In this document: positions 59,026 through 64,000 of the stretch, piece by piece
Numbering within the stretch: position 1 is the first letter of the stretch
Layout: every line of letters begins with the position of its first letter
Assembly (NCBI GenBank): GCA_964567575.1
Contig: CAZMMZ010000003.1
Coordinates: 1-64,000, forward strand
DNA length: 64,000 nt
DNA from: Candidatus Undinarchaeota archaeon
GTDB taxonomy: Archaea > Undinarchaeota > Undinarchaeia > Undinarchaeales > UBA543
Direction: 5' to 3'
Made by a program: the position numbers and the translations under genes
Notes under the pieces: model-generated
What the model saw: the letters and a program-made list of their open reading frames with translations, nothing else
What the model was told of the DNA's origin: nothing
Databases searched by the model: none

Positions 59026-59460
59026 TCACTCCTTTTTTTCCTCAGCAGGTTTTTCTTCTTCTGGTGCTTCTTCTTTTTTCTCTTCTGCAGGTTTTTCTTC
59101 TTTCTTTTCTTCAGCTGGAGTTTCTGCAGGTTCGCTAAGGTCTACTTTCATTTCTCCACTTGCATCAGGAACATTTGAATCTGTTGTTTTTTCTTTCTTT
59201 TCTTTTGGTTGTGGTTCTGTTGCTTTAAGAGCTTCTTCACTTTCATAGATTTTCACATAAGCTTCAGACTCTTTCATTCCATAAGAAGTTTTTATGCTGT
59301 CAAGAACAACAAGTTCTTTATTTGAAATATTATATTTTGTACAAACTTTATCCAAAAGTTCGTTCTTTTTTGGTGTTGCAGCTTCTGCAACTACCTTTAT
59401 TACAAGCTCCTTTCTTTTTAGAAGCGGGTTTTCTTTTGAACTAATTTCTTCAATTTCCAT
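59026..59460 (-). CDS. rps24e: Ribosomal protein eS24 with E/K/P tail
   Basis: ENPLLKRKE, ATP and KTSYGMKESEAYVKIY. Confidence 0.93.
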   Translation of the reverse strand: MEIEEISSKENPLLKRKELVIKVVAEAATPKKNELLDKVCTKYNISNKELVVLDSIKTSYGMKESEAYVKIYESEEALKATEPQPKEKKEKTTDSNVPDASGEMKVDLSEPAETPAEEKKEEKPAEEKKEEAPEEEKPAEEKKE

Positions 59461-59468
59461 TTTAATCA

Positions 59469-59654
59469 CTACTGAACAATAAGCGCGTATTCTCCTTTTT
59501 CTTTTATTTCAAGTTTTTCTGCAACTTGAGATTTTTCTGGATTGATTATAACTACAAGCCCTCGCCATCTTGTTGAAAGATCTGTATTCTGACAAATAGG
59601 ACAAACATTGTCTTCTGTTATTTTTCTGCAACTTTTACATGCTTTTTTTGTCAT
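59469..59654 (-). CDS. spt4: Transcription elongation factor Spt4 (RpoE'')
   Basis: ACKSC...CPICQ...WRGLVVIINPEKSQVA. Confidence 0.95.
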   Translation of the reverse strand: MTKKACKSCRKITEDNVCPICQNTDLSTRWRGLVVIINPEKSQVAEKLEIKEKGEYALIVQ

Positions 59655-59660
59655 TTTATA

Positions 59661-60257
59661 TCACTTCTTTTTCCCTTTTTTCTTGTCGTCTTTCTTTTTG
59701 TTATCAGATTTTTCTGTTTTCTTTTCTTTTTCATCCATCCAGCCGTATTTTCCAAGTCCTGGCTGTCTCATTGTTAAACCAATCTTGTTTTCTTTGCTTT
59801 TCTTTAAGCTGATTGTAACAACGCGAGCTCGTACAAGATCTCCTTGTGAAATGGTTTTCTTTGATTCTTTTCCAACGAATCGTGAACCTTTTTCATCATA
59901 GTTTAGGTAATCGTCTGTTATCTGAGATACGTGTACTAGACCGTCAAGAGGTCCGAGTCTTATGAATATTCCGAATTCAACAACTTCAATTACTTCACCA
60001 TCAACAACTTCTTGAAGTTCTGGTTTGTATGTGAGTACTTTGAAAGTAGCATTGTAAAACGCAGCGCCGTCGCCAGGTATTACTTTTCCAATACCATCGG
60101 TTGTAACACCTAGAATTGACACTATAGCTCCTAAATCTCTGTCTAGTTTGCTCTCATACTTTTCAGCGAGTATCTGTTGTAGTGTTTCTTCAAGTTTGCC
60201 GCCGAATTTATCTGGAATGACACGAACTGTGTCTTCAATTTCAACTATTTGATACAT
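59661..60257 (-). CDS. rpoE: RNA polymerase subunit E' (Rpo7)
   Basis: GKVIPGDGA, FGIFIRLGPLDGLVHVSQI and IGLTMRQPGLGK. Confidence 0.97.
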   Translation of the reverse strand: MYQIVEIEDTVRVIPDKFGGKLEETLQQILAEKYESKLDRDLGAIVSILGVTTDGIGKVIPGDGAAFYNATFKVLTYKPELQEVVDGEVIEVVEFGIFIRLGPLDGLVHVSQITDDYLNYDEKGSRFVGKESKKTISQGDLVRARVVTISLKKSKENKIGLTMRQPGLGKYGWMDEKEKKTEKSDNKKKDDKKKGKKK

Positions 60258-60339
60258 GATTATTAACCCCCAATTTAAGTGAATATAATAGCTAAGATAA
60301 GCACCAAATTGTTCCTCTAGCTGGTTATAAACGTTTCGT

Positions 60340-62322
60340 TTATAGGAACAATGGGATGAAAACCAATGCTATGATACTCATTAACTTGATTAAGATGTTT
60401 AATGCTGGTCCTGCTGTGTCCTTGAATGGGTCTCCAACAGTGTCTCCAACAACTGCATTTTTGTGCACTTCTGAACCTTTTCCACCAAGTTTTCCTGATT
60501 CAATGTATTTCTTTGCGTTGTCCCATGCTCCGCCTGAGTTTGACATCAATAAAGCAAGTAAAAATCCTGAAGCAGTTGCACCTGCAAGAAGTCCGCCGAG
60601 TGCTTCTACACCAAGAACAACACCAACTGCAATAGGTGAAACAATTGCAATCAAACTTGGTAGGATCATTTCTCTCAAAGCTGCTCGTGTACTGATATCA
60701 ATACACTTTACATAATCAGCTTCTGCTTTGCCTTTCATCAAACCTTTAATTGTTTTGAATTGTCTTCGAACTTCCTCAACAATTGCCATAGCTGCATTTC
60801 CAACTGCTCGCATTGCGAAAGCTGAGAACAAGTATGGTAATAATGCTCCTAGGAATAACCCAACAACAACTTTTGGTGTCATGAGGTTTATCACAGTAAG
60901 TCCAACAGTTTGTCCGTATGTGACAAATAATGCAAGAGCAGTCAAAGCAGCGGAACCAATTGCGAAACCTTTTCCAATAGCTGCAGTTGTGTTTCCAACA
61001 GCATCAAGAGCTTCTGTTCGCTTTCTTACATGTCCACCGACTTTTGCCATTTCTGCAATTCCTGCTGCATTATCTGCGACAGGTCCGTAAGTGTCAGCTG
61101 CTAGTGTGATTCCAAGTGTTGAAAGCATACCAACTGCTGCCATTGCAATTCCGTAAACTCCACTGAATTTGAATGAAACTAAAATTGCAGATACAACGAA
61201 AAGAACTGGCAATACTGTGCTGAACATTCCAACTGAAAGTCCTGTTATAATGTTAGTTGCTGATCCCATTTTTGATGCAAGCGCAATGCTTCGTACTGGC
61301 TTTCTTGTGTCAGATGTGTAATACTCTGTTGCTAATCCAATTCCAATTCCTGAAACTAATCCTGCAACAAGTGAAACGAATAAGTGATATGTTCCTGTCA
61401 AAAACCAAATTGCAATAAATGAAAGTACTGCTGTTAGTCCCGCGCTGATGTATATTCCATTATTCATAATGCTGTGTGGTTTTCCTTTCTTCATTGAAAG
61501 CACAAAATAACTTCCAAGAACTGAACAAATAATTCCTATTCCTGCTATAAGCATTGGAAGAAGAACTGCGGTTCCAGCTGTTAAATTAAGTGCACCGAAA
61601 GTTACTCCAACAATACCAAGTGCCATTGCCGCGATAATTGAATCAACATAAGATTCAAACAAGTCTGCACCCATTCCAGCAACATCTCCAACGTTGTCCC
61701 CAACATTGTCTGCAATTACTGCAGGGTTTCGTGGATCATCTTCTGGAATTCCTGCTTCTACTTTACCAACTAAGTCTGCTCCAACATCAGCGGACTTTGT
61801 GAAAATTCCACCACCAACACGGGCGAACAATGCTACAGAACTTGCTCCGAAACCGAAACTGAATAACATTGAAACATCGCCGAATATTGCGTAAAGAATA
61901 CTAACTCCAAGCAAACCAAGACCAACAACCATTAGTCCCATAACAGAACCACTTGAGAAAGCTACGCGAAGTGCTTTCTGCAAATTTGATCGTGCAGCTT
62001 GAGTTGTTCTTACATTTGCAGTTGTTGCAATCATCATGCCGGCATAGCCTGCAAATGCTGAACATCCTGCTCCAAGAACAAATGATAGTGCGGATAGTCT
62101 TGATATTAAGAAAAATAAAACTCCGCCCATAATAATTACAAAAACAGATAATGTTAGGTACTGCCGCTTTAGATAGGCAGAAGCTCCTTTCTTTATCTTC
62201 ATAGAAATGTCACGCATCATTGGCGTGCCATCATTCCGACTCTTTATTTCGCGGACAAGCATGACCGCAAATACAAGAGCGATAATCGCGCTAGTAGGTG
62301 CTATCCAATATAATAAACTCAT
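60340..62322 (-). CDS. hppA: Membrane-bound pyrophosphatase, K+-dependent (probably Na+-pumping)
   Basis: [37 protein letters not shown] (Ala = K+-dependent type) and [10 protein letters not shown]. Confidence 0.96.
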   Translation of the reverse strand: MSLLYWIAPTSAIIALVFAVMLVREIKSRNDGTPMMRDISMKIKKGASAYLKRQYLTLSVFVIIMGGVLFFLISRLSALSFVLGAGCSAFAGYAGMMIATTANVRTTQAARSNLQKALRVAFSSGSVMGLMVVGLGLLGVSILYAIFGDVSMLFSFGFGASSVALFARVGGGIFTKSADVGADLVGKVEAGIPEDDPRNPAVIADNVGDNVGDVAGMGADLFESYVDSIIAAMALGIVGVTFGALNLTAGTAVLLPMLIAGIGIICSVLGSYFVLSMKKGKPHSIMNNGIYISAGLTAVLSFIAIWFLTGTYHLFVSLVAGLVSGIGIGLATEYYTSDTRKPVRSIALASKMGSATNIITGLSVGMFSTVLPVLFVVSAILVSFKFSGVYGIAMAAVGMLSTLGITLAADTYGPVADNAAGIAEMAKVGGHVRKRTEALDAVGNTTAAIGKGFAIGSAALTALALFVTYGQTVGLTVINLMTPKVVVGLFLGALLPYLFSAFAMRAVGNAAMAIVEEVRRQFKTIKGLMKGKAEADYVKCIDISTRAALREMILPSLIAIVSPIAVGVVLGVEALGGLLAGATASGFLLALLMSNSGGAWDNAKKYIESGKLGGKGSEVHKNAVVGDTVGDPFKDTAGPALNILIKLMSIIALVFIPLFL

Positions 62323-62374
62323 TTGTTTTCTCCCAATTAAGTGAAATTTCTTATTTAACGAAGTATTTAAAACT

Positions 62375-62860
62375 TTACTTCTTTGTCCGAGATCGTTTTG
62401 GGTACTTTAATGCCCCTAAAAATAGAACTTGCACATTATTTTTCTCTGCTTTTTTTATTAATTCTTTATCTGATGTGCAAAGTCGTGCCCCGAGTTTCTT
62501 AGAAAAATCAATTAGTGAGTCATCAACAGTCTTTTTTGATTTCTCTGCTTCCTCAATTTTTATTTCATATGCGAATCCAGTTATGCTCTCGTTATCCATT
62601 CCAGTTCTAACTGCTTTACTTATCTCACTATCTGATATCATTTTATCAACAAGTGAGATTGCAAGTTTTGCAGCATCTTTTATTTTCCTAGCTTTCTTCG
62701 GATTGTTTTTGATTCCTTCTAATTCATTCATAACATAGCGTGGAATTACTGCTTCGTAATTTCCTAAGAGTTTCAAGAGCTCCATAAAAATATCGCGAGA
62801 CGGAGTTCTGCCTGGTATTAATAATACAGATGTGTCAAGTATTACTTTGTTTTTTTCCAT
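62375..62860 (-). CDS. PIN-domain protein (Fcf1/Utp24-like)
   Basis: [22 protein letters not shown] and [12 protein letters not shown]. Confidence 0.85.
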   Translation of the reverse strand: MEKNKVILDTSVLLIPGRTPSRDIFMELLKLLGNYEAVIPRYVMNELEGIKNNPKKARKIKDAAKLAISLVDKMISDSEISKAVRTGMDNESITGFAYEIKIEEAEKSKKTVDDSLIDFSKKLGARLCTSDKELIKKAEKNNVQVLFLGALKYPKRSRTKK

Positions 62861-63670
62861 TTAAGCTGGGCAGGATGATGTTACTAGCCGTGAATTGTAG
62901 CACCGCTTGTCTTTGCAGAAGTCGCGCGTGCATTCGTTTGTGTCTGCACATTCCTCATCTTCTGTGCATTCATTGTATTCGTAATCTGGGAACCAGGTTT
63001 TGTAATTGTTGAAATTGTATTTCTTTCGAGTGAAGCGTTTTGTTCCTGCTTCCATTTCTTTATCTTCATCATTATATCCTGTGACATTAACTTTTTCTGT
63101 TGCTGGATATACTACTAGTAAAACTCCTGAAAGGTATACTGCTTCTGATCCTGGGTCAGCAAGGCCGGTTGAAAATGATAATGCTATTGTATCTGAAGTT
63201 GTTGTTACATCTTGAAGCCGTTCAATAAGATCTGGGAATTGCGCTTGCGGATTCTCTTCCATGTAACTCTTCACATCTTGCACATCCCCTGCTTGTGCGA
63301 TAGCTGCTGGTGTGGTTGTAGTTGTTGAGCTTGGTGAAGATGCGGAGCTTGGACTACTACTGCTACTTGAAGCTGCTATAGCTGCGAGTTCATCTGCAGT
63401 TGGTGAATGGGTTTTCACGCACTCGTTTGTAAGTGCAACTGCTGCAGTTTCACTAAATCCAGATGCAAGATGTTCTTTGTATTCTTTGTAATATTGAACA
63501 CAATCAACAGTGTCAGTGTCTGTTTCAGTTTCTTCTTCTGCTTCTTCTGTTTCAACATCTTCAATTTCGCCTGTTTCTGCATTCTCTCCCTCAGGACCGA
63601 CTTTGACTGTGCAACCTGCTGCAGCTACTACAAGCAGTATTAATAATATCATAATGATTTTTGAATTCAT
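62861..63670 (-). CDS. Putative lipoprotein with Ser/Thr linker and Cys-rich C-terminus
   Basis: AAAGC lipobox, poly-Ser/Thr and CTEDEECADTNECTRDFC. Confidence 0.75.
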   Translation of the reverse strand: MNSKIIMILLILLVVAAAGCTVKVGPEGENAETGEIEDVETEEAEEETETDTDTVDCVQYYKEYKEHLASGFSETAAVALTNECVKTHSPTADELAAIAASSSSSSPSSASSPSSTTTTTPAAIAQAGDVQDVKSYMEENPQAQFPDLIERLQDVTTTSDTIALSFSTGLADPGSEAVYLSGVLLVVYPATEKVNVTGYNDEDKEMEAGTKRFTRKKYNFNNYKTWFPDYEYNECTEDEECADTNECTRDFCKDKRCYNSRLVTSSCPA

Positions 63671-64000
63671 AGAGTTTCATAATTAGTGAAGTTATTTAAG
63701 CATTAGGATAAGGGTCGATAGAAATTATAGTGCGCCTCTATCAACAGTTTTGGGTGGTAACCGTCTTGATGGTAACTATAGTGTCCGTCGAGATGGTGTG
63801 TGGGAGACCGTCAGGACTCCTAAATCTCCACGAACATTTTTTTATTAACAGAGACGCGCATTTTAGGTGTGTGAAAAATTTAACCGTCTCTTCACATACC
63901 TAAGTAGGATGTATATTCTGTATGATATATATACCTTTCTGTTTTTTAGAAAAATAATCTAAAAAGAAATTTAATTTAGAACTTTTTCCTATAAATAAAA

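Noticed and set aside
63725-63901. RNase P RNA, SRP RNA or replication origin
   Set aside because: Lacks GAGGAAAGUCC, the SRP helix 8 motif and ORB boxes.
1-64000. CRISPR array, transposase, integrase, inteins
   Set aside because: No regularly spaced repeat-spacer units or recognisable motifs; RFC, TFB and ATPase lengths leave no room for inteins.

Overview
This is a 64-kb AT-rich archaeal chromosomal segment. It is probably from a DPANN-like lineage, inferred from gene content; the taxonomy cannot be fixed from this window. Housekeeping content includes tRNA-His next to hisS, tRNA-Leu, rps13-rps4-rps11-rpoD, rpl18e-rpl13-rps9-rpoN, rpoE'-spt4-rps24e-rps27ae, tfb/gar1, trm1, rfcS/rfcL, thermosome, MtaB, a membrane pyrophosphatase, uppS and geranylgeranyl reductase. 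A type IV pilus locus carries 7 class III signal-peptide proteins. The most striking feature is an 8-gene hybrid mevalonate/ether-lipid operon (7.5-14.9 kb). It pairs an intact Chloroflexi-like decarboxylase and kinase with a full-length but active-site-remodelled aconitase X large subunit, a second mevalonate kinase with Asp->Glu at the catalytic position, and a HAD phosphatase. An unannotated box C/D sRNA (5927-5988, minus strand) is predicted to target 16S C1402 and 23S A2503. Other oddities are a repeated hairpin flanking tRNA-His/hisS, short-repeat hairpins in a chaperonin leader and a pilin leader, an orphan VirB4, a bacterial-type RRM protein, tandem operators and a back-to-back pseudogene junction. 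No rRNA genes, CRISPR arrays or transposases were seen. All family assignments come from motif recognition; no database searches were run.
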